A stretch of 64,000 nucleotides of DNA from Scyliorhinus canicula (lineage: Eukaryota). The stretch lies in NCBI RefSeq assembly GCF_902713615.1, contig NC_052157.1, forward strand, positions 58,168,325-58,232,324. Direction: 5' to 3'. The notes below the pieces were generated by a model. That model had not been told where the DNA came from. It did no database searches and saw only the letters and a list, made by a program, of their open reading frames with translations. The position numbers and the translations under genes were made by a program. Each line of letters starts with the position of its first letter. Position 1 is the first letter of the stretch. Below are positions 11,530-26,100 of the stretch, one piece after another.

Positions 11530-13814
11530 ACAATGAGAGATAGAAGTGGCAAGATTAGGGAACCATGGATGACGGGTGGAATTGTGAGACTAGCTAAGAT
11601 GAAAAAGGAAGCATATGTAAGATCGAGGCGACTCAAAACTGATGAAGCTTTGGAGGAATATCGGGAAAGTAGGACAAATCTCAAACGCGCAATAAAGAGG
11701 GCTAAAAGGGGTCATGAAATATCTTTGGCTAAGAGGGTTAAGGAAAATCTCAAAAAGCCTTTTATTCGCATATAAGGAGCAAGAGGGTAACTAGAGAGAG
11801 GATTGGCCCACTCAAAGACAAAAGAGGGAATTTGTGCGTGGAGTCAGAGGAAATGAGTGAGCTTCTTAATGATTACTTTGCATCGGTATTCACCAAGGAA
11901 AGGGACATGATGGATGTCGAGGCTAGGGATGGATGTTTAAATACACTTGGTCATGTCGGCATAAGGAAGGGGGAGGTTTTGGGTATTCTAAAAGGCATTA
12001 AGGTGGACAAGTCCCCAGGACCGGATGGGATCTATCCCAGGTTACTGAGGGAAGCGAGGGACAAAATAGCTGGGGCTTTAACAGATATCTTTGCAGCATC
12101 CTTGAGCACGGGTGAGGTCCCGGAGGACTGGAGAATTGCTAATGTTGTCCCTTTGTTTAAGAAGGGTAGCAGGGATAATCCAGGGAATTATAGACCTGTG
12201 AGCTTGACATCAGTGGTAGGCAAACTGTTGGAGAAGATACTGAGGGATAGGATCTATTCACATTTGGAAGAAAATAGATTTATCAGTGATAGGCAGCATG
12301 GTTTTGTGCAGGGAAGGTCATGTCTTACAAACCTAATAGAATTCTTTGAGGAAGTGACAAAGTTAATTGATGAGGGAAGGGCTGTAGATGTCATATACAT
12401 GGACTTCAGTAAAGCATTTGATAAAGTTTCCCATGGCAGGTTGATGGAAAAAGTGAAGTCGTATGGGGTTCAGGGTGTACTAGCTAGATGGATAAAGAAC
12501 TGGCTGGGCAACAGGAAACAGAGAGTAGTGGTGGAAGGGAGTGTCTCAAAATGGAGAAAGGTGACTAGTGGTGTTCCACAGGGATCCGTGCTCGGACCAC
12601 TGTTTGGACATAAATGATCTGGACGCAGGTATAAGTGGTCTGATGAGAGAAGTTTGCAGATGATACGAAGATTGGTGGAGTTGCAGATAGCGAGGCGGAC
12701 TGTCAGCGAATACAGCAAAATATAGATAGATTGGAGAGTTGGGCAGAGAAATGGCAGATGGAGTTCAATCCAGGCAAAAGCGAGGTGATGCATTTTGGAA
12801 GATCTAACTCAAGAGCGGACTATATGGTCAATGGAAGAGTCCTGGGGAATATTGATGTCCAGAGAGATCTGGGAGTTCAAATCCATTGTACCCTGAAGCT
12901 GGCAACGCAGGTTGATAGAGTGGTCAAGAAGGCATACAGAGGGCAGCACGGTGGCACAGTGAGTAGCACTGCTGCCTCATGGCGCCGAGGTCCCAGGTTC
13001 GATCCCGGCTCTGGGTCACTGTCCGTGTGGAGTTTGCACATTCTCCCCGTGTTTGCGTGGGTTTCGCCCCCACAACCCAAAGATGTGCAGGCTAGGTGGA
13101 TTGACCACGCTAAATTGCCCCTTAATTGGAAAAAATTAATTGGGTACTTTAAATTAAAAAAATTAAAAAAAAACGAAGGCATACAGCATGCTTGCCTTCA
13201 TCGGACGGGGTATTGAGTACAAGAGTCAGCAGGTCATGTTACAGTTGTATCGGACTTTGGTTAGGCCACATTTGGAATACTGCGTGCAGTTCTGGTTGCC
13301 ACATTACCAGAAGGATGTGGATGCTTTGGAGAGGGTGCAGAGGAGGATCACCAGGATGTTGCCTGGTATGGAGGGTGCTAGCTATGAAGAAAGGTTGAGT
13401 AGATTAGGATTGTTTTCGTTGGAAAGACGGAGATTGAGGGGAGACCTGATTGAGGTCTACAAAACTATGAGAGGTATGGACAGGGTGGATAGCAACAAGC
13501 TTTTTCCAAGAGTGGGGGTGTCAGTTACAAGGGGTCACGATTTCAAAGTGAGAGGGGAAAAGTTTAAGGGAGATGTGCGTGGAAAGTTTTTTACGCAGAG
13601 GGTGGTGGGTGCCTGGAATGCTTTGCCAGCGGAGGTGGTAGAGGTGGGTACGATAGCATCATTTCAGATGCATCTGGACAGATATATGAGCGGGAGGGGA
13701 ACAGAGAGAAGTAGGCCTTGGAAAATAGGCAACAGGCTTAGATAAAGGATCTGGATCGGTGCAGGCTGGGAGGGCCGAAGGGCCTGTTCCTGTGCTGTAA
13801 TTTTCTTTGTTCTT
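11530..13814 (+). mobile_element. CR1 LINE, 5'-truncated (RT plus 3' UTR)
   Basis: KSPGPDGIYPRLL, NYRPVSLTS, QHGF, YMDFSKAFDKV, GVPQGSVLGP, YRTLVRPHLEY. Confidence 0.95.
12940..13174 (+). mobile_element. Young poly-A-tailed V-SINE inside CR1
   Basis: 12-bp TSD GAAGGCATACAG at 12928-12939 and 13175-13186. Confidence 0.92.
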
Positions 13815-14034
13815 TATACTTTTCTCTGTACCTCGCGATATGTGACAATAAATCAAATCAATCAAATTGAAAATCACAGAGAACCAACTAGGATAGATAA
13901 TTTCAAAGACAACCCATCAGATTATAGGGAGGTTCAAAACTCTTTCTTGGGAGTCAGTTCCTGTGGATTTTTGGAGGGTAAATTGGAGTTTGAATGATTC
14001 TCATGTTCTGTGCTCTCCCCATACTGTGTGTGTC

Positions 14035-14166
14035 TCACTCTTGCTCAGCTTTTACATTTGCATAAACTGGATCCTCGTCAAATTCACAGTTTGTGTCAAA
14101 ATTATCTTCTGGATCAGGACTGAGGCCGTGGTTAAATTTCATTTCCAGGTCCTTCTCAACTTTCTC
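14035..14166 (-). CDS. Terminal exon EKVEKDLEMKFNHGLSPDPEDNFDTNCEFDEDPVYANVKAEQE*
   Basis: Not in the ORF track. Acceptor ctgtttctatttcag, phase 0, acidic stretch then the PVYANV tyrosine motif, TGA at 14037-14035. Confidence 0.82.
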   Translation of the reverse strand, partial: EKVEKDLEMKFNHGLSPDPEDNFDTNCEFDEDPVYANVKAEQE

Positions 14167-17100
14167 CTGAAATAGAAACAGAAATAAATAGCGAGACAAT
14201 CAGGGCAATCTGTGTTTAATATTATTTATCGAAATCGAAAATTCCACCCGCAATAGAGACTTCAATTATTGAAACGAAAGAGAAAATGCTGGAAAATCTC
14301 AGCAAGTCTGGCAGCATCTGTAGGGAGAGAAAAGAGCTAATGTTTAGAGTCCAGATGGCCCGTTGTCAAAGTTCAATTATAGTGTCAATGTTCAATTATT
14401 GATACTGAGTAGGATTTAATAATTGATTCTCAACAGCATTGGGTTTGATTATTTATACTGAACGGGGTTTGATTATTGACACTTAATATGGATTGATTAT
14501 TGATATTGAATGATGTTCGATTTGATTATTGATATTGAACGTCATTTTTTATAGATGCTGAACGATGTTGAGGTGGTTTTTGATACTGAACGGTGTTTGA
14601 TTATTGATATTAAACAGTGTTTTATTTTTGATACAGAACGGGATTTGATTATTGACATTGATCTATCTGTGCAGAGTCTGCACATTCTCCCCATGTCTGC
14701 GTGGGTTTCCTCCCGGTGCTGCGGTTTCCTCCCACAGATCCCGAAAGACGTACTGTTAGGTGAATTGGACAATCTGAATTCTCCCTCTGTGTAACCGAAC
14801 AGGGGCCGAAATGAGGTGACAAAGGGCTTTTCACATTAACTTCATTGCAGTGTTAAGATAAGCCTACCTGTGACAATAAAGATTATTATTATTATTGTGT
14901 TGAATTTGTTACTGATATTGAGTGGTGCTGGATTTGATTAATGATATTGAACGTGTTGGGTTTGATTATTGATATTGATCAGTGTTGGGTTTGATTATTG
15001 GTACGTGAACCTTTCAACGCTAGGTTTTGTGGAACTTATCAGATTGAAAGCAAATTAAGTCAGGTGAATTATGTGGTTAAAACACCAGATAGAAGGAAAA
15101 CTCACCGAGTGTGTCATGTGATTATGCTTAAAAGGTACTTTGAAAGGGAAGGAGAGAAAAAGGAGGTTTTAATGATTCTAATTCAAAGTGACAAACCAAA
15201 TCCAGATGACTGTGAATTTGACATACCTCAAATTAAATTTGAAAACGAGGATGTTCTTAAAAATTAGAATAAATTGTTGAGGTACCTTCCAGAAGAAAAA
15301 CGAACTGACCTGAAAGAGTTATTGATATCAGGTGGGCAAGTTTGTTGAGATAAATTGGGAAGTATTAAAATGGCTACACATGATGTAGATGTGGGAAAGG
15401 CTGTTCTGATCAAACAACATCCATACAGACTTAACCCTTTAAAATTGGCACAGGTTAACAAAGAGATTGAGTGTATGCTGAAAAATGGCATAATTGAAGT
15501 GGGTTGCAGCCAATGTAGCTCACCCATAGTGATGGTACCTAAACCAGACGGTACCCAACGGTTGTGTGTGGATTATGGAAAGATTAATGCAGTTACAATA
15601 ATGGACTCTTATCCTATCCCACGTTTGGAGGATTGCATTGAGAAGGTGGGACAATCAGCTTTTATTTCCAAACTGGATTTACTTAAAGGTTACTGGCAGG
15701 TACCTTTATCCAAAAGGGTGAAGGAGATTTCAGCTTTTGTGATGCCAGATGGTATATACCAATTCAAAGTTATGACATTTGGCATGAAAAACACTCCAGT
15801 CACATTTCAACGCTTAACTAACAAAGTTGTTTCAGGATTACCCAATGGTGCGGTATACATCGACGATCTGGTAATTTTCAGCCAGACATGGAAAGAACAT
15901 TTAAAATATCTGATGGAGTTATTCGATCAACTTCAGGAGACGGGTTTGGTGATAAACCTTGCCAAAAGTGAATTTGGAAAACCCCAAGTCACTTTCCTTG
16001 GCCATACAATCGGACAGGGTCAAATGGTCCCACGGGAAGCAAAAACAAAAGTTATTGGGGAGTTTCCGAGACCCTCGACACAACGGGAAATAATGCGATT
16101 TCTTGGTATGAGTGGATTTTACCGGAAATCTATACTGAATTTTAGCAGTGTGGTTGCTCCACTGCCAGACTTGCTCAAGAAGCGTAACAAATTCCAGTGG
16201 ACAGCAGAGTGTCAACAGGCATTTGATGGCCTGAAGGCTGTGTTAACCACTGCTCTGTGCTGGCCATCCCAAATTATACCTAACCATTCAAAGTGAAGGT
16301 AGATGCGAGTGTTGTGGGTGTAGGTGTGGTGCTTCTACAAGACAACAACGAAGGGCTGGAGCGGCCTATTGGTTACTTTTCAAAGAAATTGAATTCTCAC
16401 CAGAAAAAGTATCAACGATTGAGAAGGAGACTTTGAGTTTTGTGCTGCCTTTGCAACATTTGCACATTTATGTGACCAGCAATCCGTCTGACACCATTAT
16501 ATACTGATTATAGTCCTTTGATGTTTTTGGAGCGATTCCTGAATAACAATGCAAGGCTGTTTCGCTAGAGTTTATTGTTACAGCCATTTCATTTGAAAAT
16601 AGTACTTATGGCAGGACGAGAAAGCCGATGCTTTGTCACGAATGTGATGAACAGAAGCAGATTGCAGTTGGAGGAAGAAGAAAAAAAATGGACTATATTA
16701 TTATACTTGTTTGCGTGTGTTTTTTTTTTAAACGAAAAAGTATATTTGCTGTCTGCATTTCTTAAAAGATAGTGAAAAGGTGAAAAATGAAACCATCTTT
16801 AAGTTGATGGTTTATTTTTTTTTCTTGGGTGGAGGTGTCATGTCAGAGTACCTTTAAGAAATGGGTGTTTATAAACGGGTGTATATAAATATCTGTCGTG
16901 AGAGTACCTTTAAGAATTGGGTGTTTATTACTGCAGTGATGTCTGAGTGGGTGGAGCTGGGCTGTCAGTCAGCTTTTTACTTTCACTTTAGGCTTTTTGC
17001 TGCAGGGTGGGTTTGGTTTCATTTTAGTTTTGGAGAAGCTGAAATCACAGCAGGATGTGTGTGAATCTCTGCAAGCTTATGAACGTTCATTTGCTGGTTT

Positions 17101-20100
17101 CAACGTGGTAACTGCCCTCAATAGTGAATTTAAACCTGGTCTTTGCTTTAAAGGGGCCTTTTGTCTTCTGAATGTTGTTTGGGAATTTACTATTGATTAC
17201 TTAGTGTTGTATTCTTTGGGGGTTGTATTTGAATTGATGGTTGCTAAGATGTTTACTGTATGTTTTAAAATGTTAACTTGAGTTCATAGAATAAACATTG
17301 TTTAGCTTTAAAAAAATACATTTCTAGTTCTGCTGTACCACACCTGTAGAGTGGGCCATGTGCTCCCCATATGACAATCTATTAAAGGTTGTGGGTCAGG
17401 TGAACTCCATGGTATACTTTGGGGTTCTTTAAACACTGGCCCATAACACATTGAATTGAATTTCAATTGTTCTGTTACTTACCCAGACCCTGTCTGACTG
17501 CTCGCCTGGGGAGTTATTGCCTACCCAGTCTGCTTGAGCTGAATGACATCTTTCCGTGCTGCTCCCTCTGTGTGTTAAATTACAAAGGGTTGATATGTTA
17601 CTGTGCGTCAAATCAGAAAAGGGGAACTTGTGTGAAAAGCCTTTTATTGAAACAAAGGACCTTAGTCTTATGTTGTAATCGACTGTTAACCCTTTATGCG
17701 CTGACATTGCGACCTGATACCAGTGTAAAGCTGGGTAGTCATTTACGGAGTTTTAATTCACTGCTCATTCCAGGTATCCAGGTGAACCTTTGGAAGGGGC
17801 AGATATTTCGCAGCTATCTTTTAAAAGTGTGAGGAACGGGAAAAGTGCAAGAGGAGAAGAGAAGTTAGAGAATAGAACATAGAACACTACAGCGCAGTAC
17901 GGGCCCTTCGGCCCTCGATGTTGCGCCGACCTGTGAAACCATCTGAAGCCTATCTGACCTACACTATTCCATTTTCATCCATATGTCTATCCAGTGACCA
18001 CTTAAATGCCCTTAAAGTTGGCGAGTCTACTACTGTTGCAGGCAGGGCGTTCCACACCCCTACTACTCTCTGAGTAAAGAAACTGCCTCTGACATCTGTC
18101 CTATATCTATCACCCCTCAATTTAAAGCCATGTCCCCTCGTGTTGGTCATCACCATCCGAGGAAAAAGACTCTCACTGTACACCCTATCTAACCCTCTGA
18201 CTATCTTATATGTCTTTATTAAGTCACCTCTCAGCCTTCTCCTCTCTAACAACCTCAATTCCCTGAGCCTTTCCTCGTAAGACCTTCCCTCGATACCAGG
18301 CAACATCCTAGTAAATCTCCTCTGAACCCTTTCCAAAGCTTCCACATCCTTCCTATAATGTGGTGACCAGAACTGCACGCAGTACTCCAGGTCCGGCCGC
18401 ACCAGAGTTATGTACAGCTGCAGCATGACCTTGTGGTTCCGAGACTCAATCCCCCTGCTTATAAAGGCTAGCACACCATATGCCTTCTTAACAGCCCTAT
18501 TAACCTGGGTGGCAACTTTCAGGGATTTATGTACCTGGATGCCGAGATCTCTCTGTTCATCTACACTACCAAGAATCTTGCCATTAGCCCAGTACTCTGC
18601 ATTCCTGTTACTCCTTCCAAAGTGAACCACCTCACACTTTTCCGCATTAAACTCCATCTGCCACCTCTCAGCCCAGCTCTGCCTCATGGGAATGAATGAG
18701 AAGGAGAGCATTTATCGAGAAAGGAGAGAGACTGAATGAAATGGGGAGAATGGAAAGAAATCACGACAACTGAGGGAAGAAATGTTTGCATTTAAATGGA
18801 CACTTTCACAACCTCAGGTCGAGACAAGGTACTTTCCACTCCAGGCCGACTGCCAGTTGAATACTAAGTGAGGCTGCACTGTTGGGTGAGATGTTAAACA
18901 GTGAGTGCAGATCAAAGCTCTTCAGGGGATGTCAGGTATTTAGGGTTGTGAACCGAGCTATAGCAATGCAAGAATCATCAATTTTAGAGGGTTCACTGAA
19001 TCAACAATTTTAGAGGGCTCACTTGAGAGGGTAGCACCCATACATATATATATATTTTAAGGGCCTGATGAGCGTTTAATTTTTGTTTTTCGTTTTAAAT
19101 CTCTTCGGGAATTCAGGTCGGTGGGGATGGAGGCTACGGCAGTTGCGTGCTCCTCCTTTAGGATGTGGGTGGTAAGGGATACCACTGGTGTTCCCACTGA
19201 CTACGCCTGTGGGAAGTGCACCCAACTCCAGCTCCTCGGAGAACATGTTAGAGAACTGGAACTGGAGCTGGATGATATTCGGATCATCCGGGAGTCAGAG
19301 GGGGTGATAGAGAGGAGTTACAGGGAGGTAGCCATACCCAAGGGCAGGGCAAGAGTAGCTGGGTTACAGTCAGGGGAAGGAAAAGGAATGGGCAGACAGT
19401 GCAGGGATCCTCTATGGCCGTCCCCCCTCAAAACAAGTATACAATTTTGGATGCTGTTGGGGAGGATGACCTACCGGGGGAAGGCCCAAGCGACCAGGTC
19501 TTTGGCACTGAGCCTGGCTCTGTGACTCAGAAGGGAAGTGGGGGGGAGAATAGAAAAGCAATAGTGATAGGAGACTCAATGGTTAGGGGAATGGAGAGGA
19601 GATTCTGTGGTCGCGAATGAAACTCCCGGAAGGTATGTTGCTTCCCAGGTGCCTGGGTATGGAATGTCTCGGATCGAGTCTACAGGATTCTTAAGGGGGA
19701 GGGGGAGCAATCAGGAGTTGTGGTCCACATAGGCACCAACGACATAGCTAAGAAAAGGGATGAGGATCTAAAAAGTGATTTTTGGGAGTTAGGTTGGAAG
19801 CTAAAGAGCAGGACCAGCAGAGTAGTAATCTCAGGATTGCTACCGGTGCCACATGTAAGTGAGTCAAGGAACAGAGAGCGAGTGCAGCTGAACACCTGGC
19901 TATAGGGCTGGTGCAGGAGGGAACGCTTCAGATATGTGGATCATTGGGATACCTTCTAAGGAAGGTGGGACTGTACATGAAGGATGGATTGCACTTAAAA
20001 TGGAGGGGCACCAATGTCCTGGGTGGGAAGTTTGCTGGAGGTCTTTGGGAGGGTTTAAACTAGTTTGGCAGGGGGATGGGAACCAGAGCTATGAATCAGA

Positions 20101-23100
20101 GGATAGGGTAACTGTTGAACAGACAGAAATAGTGTGCAGCGAGTCTGAGAGAAAAGGCAGACAGTTGATAGGGCAAAGTTACACTCAGTGGAATGGGTTA
20201 AAGTGTGTCTGTTTCAATTCAAGGAATGCCAAGAATAAGGGAGATGAACTTAGAGCATGGATGAGTACTTGGAACTACGATGTTGTGGCCATTACGGAGA
20301 CTTGGATTTCACAGGGGCAGCAATGGTTGTTAGACGTTCTGGGGTTTAGATGTTTTAAGAAGAATAGGGAGGGAGGTAAAAGTGAGGGGGAGTGGCACTG
20401 TTAATTAGGGAGTGCATTAGAGGTACAGAAAAGGAGGTAAAAGAGGAGGGTTTGTCCACTGAGTCAGTATGGGTGGAAGTTGGAAACAAGAAAGGAGCAG
20501 TCATTTTATTAGGAGTTTTCTAAAGACCCCCCAATAGCAGCAGATAGATGGAGGAACAGATTGGGCGGCAGATCTTGGAAACATCCATGATCTTGGAAGT
20601 CATCATGGGTGACTTCAACTTCTCTAATTTTGACTGGAACCTCCTTACTGCAAATGGTTTGTCTTTTGTTACCTTACTGTAGTGTGTTTGGTAGCACTAC
20701 TGAGCGTAACATGCGTTACTCAACCCAGTTGCTGAAGAGGTTTTCTGTATCTTGATGAAAAAGACTCAAAGTTGTCCAGAGGTATTGAAAGGTTTATTGA
20801 GTGACTAAATTAACAAATGCGTGAGTTCTTTACTTTAAGATCAATACCAGTAGAAAGGTTACAAGGTCTATATATGGTAGCTATCTCTGACCACACTAAT
20901 CACTCTGAGCTAAGTCTATGCTCCTGCTCTCGTCACTAAGAGTGGGAGGAATTGGCTACATCTGGCTTTTATACCCGCCAGTGCTGCCCTCTAGTGATCT
21001 TCCGATTACACATTAACCCCTTATGTCCATGCACATACAAAGATCACAACAGTTTGCATGGAGCAGATTTTGTCAGTTCTGTACAGGAAGGATTCCTGAC
21101 TCAATATGTCAATAGGCCGACTTAAGCGGGGGGGGGGGGGATATTGGATTTGGTGCTTGGAAACGAACCAGGCCAGGTGTCAGATGTCTCAGTGGGAGAG
21201 CATTTTGGTGACAGTGACCAGACAGTATGGGTAAGTATTTAATTGGTGGCGAGGAGATTATACTGCTTTTTGGCAGGAGCTGAGGAGCATAAAGTGGGAA
21301 CAGTTGTTCTTGGGGAAATGCACAACAGTAATGTGGGGGTTGTTTCAGGAGCACTTGCTGCGAGTGCTGGATAGTTTTGTCCCACTGAGACGAGGAAGAA
21401 ATGGTAAGGTGAAGGAGCCTTGGATGACAAGAGAAGTGGAGCTTCCAGTCAAGAGGAAGAAGGAAGCTTACGTAAGGTTGGAGGAAGCAAGGATCTGGCA
21501 CAGCTCTACAGCGTTACAGGGTAGCCAGGAAGGAACTCAAAAATGGACTGAGGAGAGCTAGAAAGGGGCATGAAAAGCCCTGGTGGGGATTAGGGAAAAC
21601 CCCAAGGCGTTCTACACTTATGTGAGAAATAAGAGGACGATCAGAGAGAGAGTAGGGCCAATCATGGATAGTGGAGGGAACTTGTGCCTGGAGTCTGAGG
21701 AAGTAGGGGAGGCCCTAAGTGAATATTTTGCTTCAGTATTCATGAGAGAGAGGGACCTTGTTGCTCATGAGAACAGCGTGAACCAGGTTAATAGGCTCAA
21801 ACAGGTTGATTGTAAGAAGGAGGATGTGCTGGAAATTTTGAAAAACATCAGGATAGATAAGTCTCCTGGGCCTGACGAGATATACCCAAGGTTACTATGG
21901 GAAGCGAGGGAGAAGATTGCTGCGCAGTTGGCGATGATCTACGCACCCTGACTCTCCATTGAAGTAGTAACGGATGATTGGAGGGAGGCGAATGTTGTTC
22001 CCTATTGAAGAAATGGAATAGAGAAATCCCTTGGAATTACAGACCAGTCAATCTTACGTCTGTGGTGAGCAAAATATTGGAAAGGATTCTGAGAGATAGG
22101 ATTTATGATTATTTAGAAAAACATAGTTTGATTAAAGATAGCATGGCTTTGTGAGGGGCAGGTCATACCTCACAAGCCTTATTGAATTCTTTGAGGATGT
22201 AACAAGACACATTGACGAAGGTCGGGCAGTGGATGTGGTGTATACAGATTTCAGTAAGGCATTTGATAAGGTTCCCCATGGCAGGCGCATTCAGAAAGTT
22301 AGGGGGCATGGGATACAGGGATATTTGGCTGTCTGGATACAGAATTAGCTGGCTGAAAGAAGACAGCGAGTGGTAGTGGATGGAAAGTATTCTGCCTGGA
22401 GGTCGGTGACCAGTGGTGTCCCGCAGTGATCTGTTCTGAGACCTCTGCTCTTTGTGGTTTTTATAAATGACTTTGATGAGGAAGTGGAAGAGTGGGTTAG
22501 CAAGTTTGCCGATGATACGATGGTTGGTGGAGTTGCAGATTATATCGAGGGCTGTTACAGGTTACAACAGGACATTGACAGGATGCAGAACTGGGCTGAG
22601 AAGTGAGAGTTCAACGTAGGTAAATGTAAAATGATTCATTTTGGAAGGTTGAATTTGAATGCTGAATACAGGGTTAAAGGCAGGATTCTTGGAAGTGTGG
22701 AGGAACAGAGGGATCTTGGGGTCCAAGTACATAGATTCCTCAAACTTGCCACCCAGATTGATAGGGTTGTTACGAAGGCGTATGGTATGTTGGCTTTCAT
22801 TAACGGGGGGATTGAGTTTAAGAGCCGCGAGGTTTCACTGCAGCTTTGTAAAACCCTGGTGAGACCACACTTGGAATATTGTGTCCATTTCTGGTCGCCT
22901 CATTATAGGAAGGATGTGGATGCTTTGGAGGGGGTGCAGAGGAGATTAACCTGGATGCTGCCTGGACTGGAGGGCATGTCTTATGAAGAAAGGTTGAGGG
23001 AGCTAGGGCTTTTCTCACTGGAGCGAAGAAGGAAGAGAGGTGACTTGATATAGGTGTACCAGGTGATGAGAGGCATGGATCGAGTGGATAGCCAGAGACA

Positions 23101-26100
23101 TTTCCCCAGAGCGGAAATGGCTGTCACTAGGGAACATAGTTTTATGGTGATTGGAAGAAGGTACAGGGGAGATGTCAGAGGTTGGTTCTTTACAGAGAGT
23201 TGTGGGTGTGTGGAATGCGTTGCCAGCAGAGGTGGTGGAGTCAGAGTCATTAGGGTCTTTTAAGCGACTCTTGAACAGGCACATGGACAGCAGTAAATTG
23301 AAGGGGTGTAGATTAGGTTGATTTAGACTAGGATAAATGGTCGGCACAACATCGTGGGCCGAAGGGCCTCTACTGTGCTGTACTGTTCTATGTTCTATAT
23401 TCTAAAACAACAAATTTAAACTTCACTCTTACTTTCTCGCACACTTGAAGATGAAGAATCCACCCAGTCCAACACACAAAGAGATTCCAGCTCCAAGCAA
23501 TCCTGCTTTCCATTCTTTGGAACCTCGACCTGTAAAAACAGTCAATGAGACTTCAGTACAGTTTTAGAATTCTCAGATAGACCTGTCGCCATTCTGAACT
23601 TGTGAAGTGATATCTGTCTATAAATACAAGTAACATAAGTGAACAAAATATTTATATATAACATCATCCTGACTTGGATGTTGCCATTCTTTCACTGTCA
23701 CTGGGTCAAAATGCTGGAACTCCCTCCTTAACAGCACGGTGGATGTACCTACACCACATGGATTGCAGCAGTTAAAGAAAGCATCTCACCATTGTCGTGT
23801 TAATCACCCTGGGGTAACACGGACTGCAACTGGATGCAGTTGTACTTGAAAGTAGACTCCAAACTTTGATGTTAGATCAATATGCTTTATTGAACTTGTT
23901 AAACAGTGCACACAGTTCTCTGTGTGTTTGACACTCTACTAATCTAAGTGCACTTACTATAACTAACTAGACCAGACTAGCTCTGAGCCACGTGTAGAAG
24001 GTGCTAACTGATATATACACCCTGACTGTCACTAGAGTTGTCACCAGTGGAAAGAGGCAGAGTGTTGATGCCTCATGTGTTTTATAGTGGGAGACCACCT
24101 TCTAGTGTACTGCCAGGTGATTGGTTGTGTTCTGTCTTGTGTCTTGATTGGCTGTACTGAGTGACTGTCACTGCCTGTCTGTATCTCATTATGTGCATGA
24201 GTGCATATCATGACAACCACCATCTTCTCAAGGTCAATTGGGGATGGGCAATGAAAACTAACCTAGCCAGTGATGCCCACATATCTTGAATAGGTAAAAA
24301 ATATGTCTTGGTTTCTACAAGTAGGATTCATATATAACGGGGAACACACAGGACTACATGCATGCTAAACAGGGGAAGAAGCAACCTTCAATAGACAGAG
24401 CTAAGCTATCCCACACCAAACAGCTCAGATCAAAGCCCTGACACATCCAATCGTGAATGGTGGTGGACAATAAAATTACTCACTGGAGGAGCAGGCTCCA
24501 CAAATATCCCCATCGTCAATGATGGGAGAGCCCAGTACACATCAGTGCAAAAGAAAGACTGAAGCATTAACTACAATCTTCAACCAGAAAGGCTGAGTGG
24601 ATGACCCATCTCGGTCTGCCCAATTTCACGGGTGTCAGTCTTTAGCCAATGTGATATCAAGAATGGCTGAACGGCACTGCGTACTGCAAAGGCTATAAGC
24701 CGTGACATTATTCCGCTAATATTACTCAAGACCTGTCCTCCAGAACTTGCCTCCAGAACATGCCCCTAGCCAGGCTGTTCCATTAAAGCTACAACACCTG
24801 ATATCTCCCCGGCAGTGTAAAACATTTCCCAGTGTGCTCCATTGTCAGGACTCCAGGTAGCTATGAGTGGTTTTTGTTTGTATTGATCAACAACAGAAAT
24901 AACGTCTGGTGTAAAATGGGTTTCATTTCGGTGTAAGGAAGGGTAAATCTACATTTGGATTCATTTTAGACAAATGTGTTTCATATGTGTGGAGGAATAA
25001 GTTTCAGTTAAAATGGTGTTCCTATTGTGCTAAGAGTGCTTACGGTGTGAAAAGTAAACATGCGGGCCGGGATTCTCCCTACCTGGCGGGGCGGGCGGTC
25101 CCGGCGTACCGAGTGGCGAGAACCACTCCGGCGTTGGGTCTCCCCAAAGGTGCGGAATTCTCCGCACCTTTAGGGGCTAGGCCCGCACCGGAGTGCCTCC
25201 CGCTCCACTGACCGACGCGAACGGCCTTTGGCGCCCCGCCGACCGACGCGAACGGCTGGCCGAAAGGCCTTCGCCAGTCGGCGTGAGTCCGCCCATGCGC
25301 TGGAGCGTCAGCAGCCGCTGACATCATCCCGATGCATGCGCGGTAGAGGGGGTCTCTTCCGCCTCCGCCATGATGGAGGCCGTGGCAGCGGCGGAAGAAA
25401 AAGAGTGCCCCCACGGTACAGGCCCGCCCGCCGATCGATGGGCCCCGATCGCGGGTTAGGCCACTGTGGGGGCACCCCCCGGGGTCAGATTGCTCCATGC
25501 CCCCCAGGACCCCGGGTCCCACTCGCTCCCAATGGCACCAGAGGTGGTTTAAACCACGTCGGCGGGAGAGGCCTGACAGCGGCGAGACTTCGGCCCATTG
25601 CGGGCCAGAGAATCGTCACGGGGGGCCCGCCGACTGGCGCGTGGGGCCCGCCAACCGGCGCGGCACGATTCCCGCCCCAGCCGATTTCTGGGTGGCGGAG
25701 AATTCCGGCCACGGCGGGGGCGGGATTTACGCCAGCCCCGGGCGATTCCCCAACCCTGCGGGGGTCGGAGAATTCCGCCCGAGGTTGGAGAAATAACGAG
25801 CTGTTGCTAAGCAACCAGGGGCACATTTAGGGTTGGAAGACTTTTGAGTGTAGATTTAGCTGAATTCCTAGCAGTTGGGGCTCGAAAGCAAGGGAGTCAA
25901 CAGTTTACAGCTGTGCTGGAAACAAGAAAGTGAAACAATACAGTGAGGTGCATGAAAGTAAGCTCCAGAGGATCTAAAGGACAGTTAGTTTTGGAAACCA
26001 GAGAATGGAAATGAAGCTTCAGGATTACTGATGTAAAATAGAAACTTCCTGGAAGATAAAGCCAGACCCGGGAAGAGAAGAACAGATGAGGTTGGTGACA

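Larger units (their letters stand above)
9700..13870 (+). mobile_element. Rex1/Babar-type LINE, 5'-truncated, hosting a SINE and a CR1
   Basis: [40 protein letters not shown] (about 10700). The 3' UTR is split at about 11530 and resumes at 13815 (GTGACAATAAATCAAATC). Confidence 0.8.
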
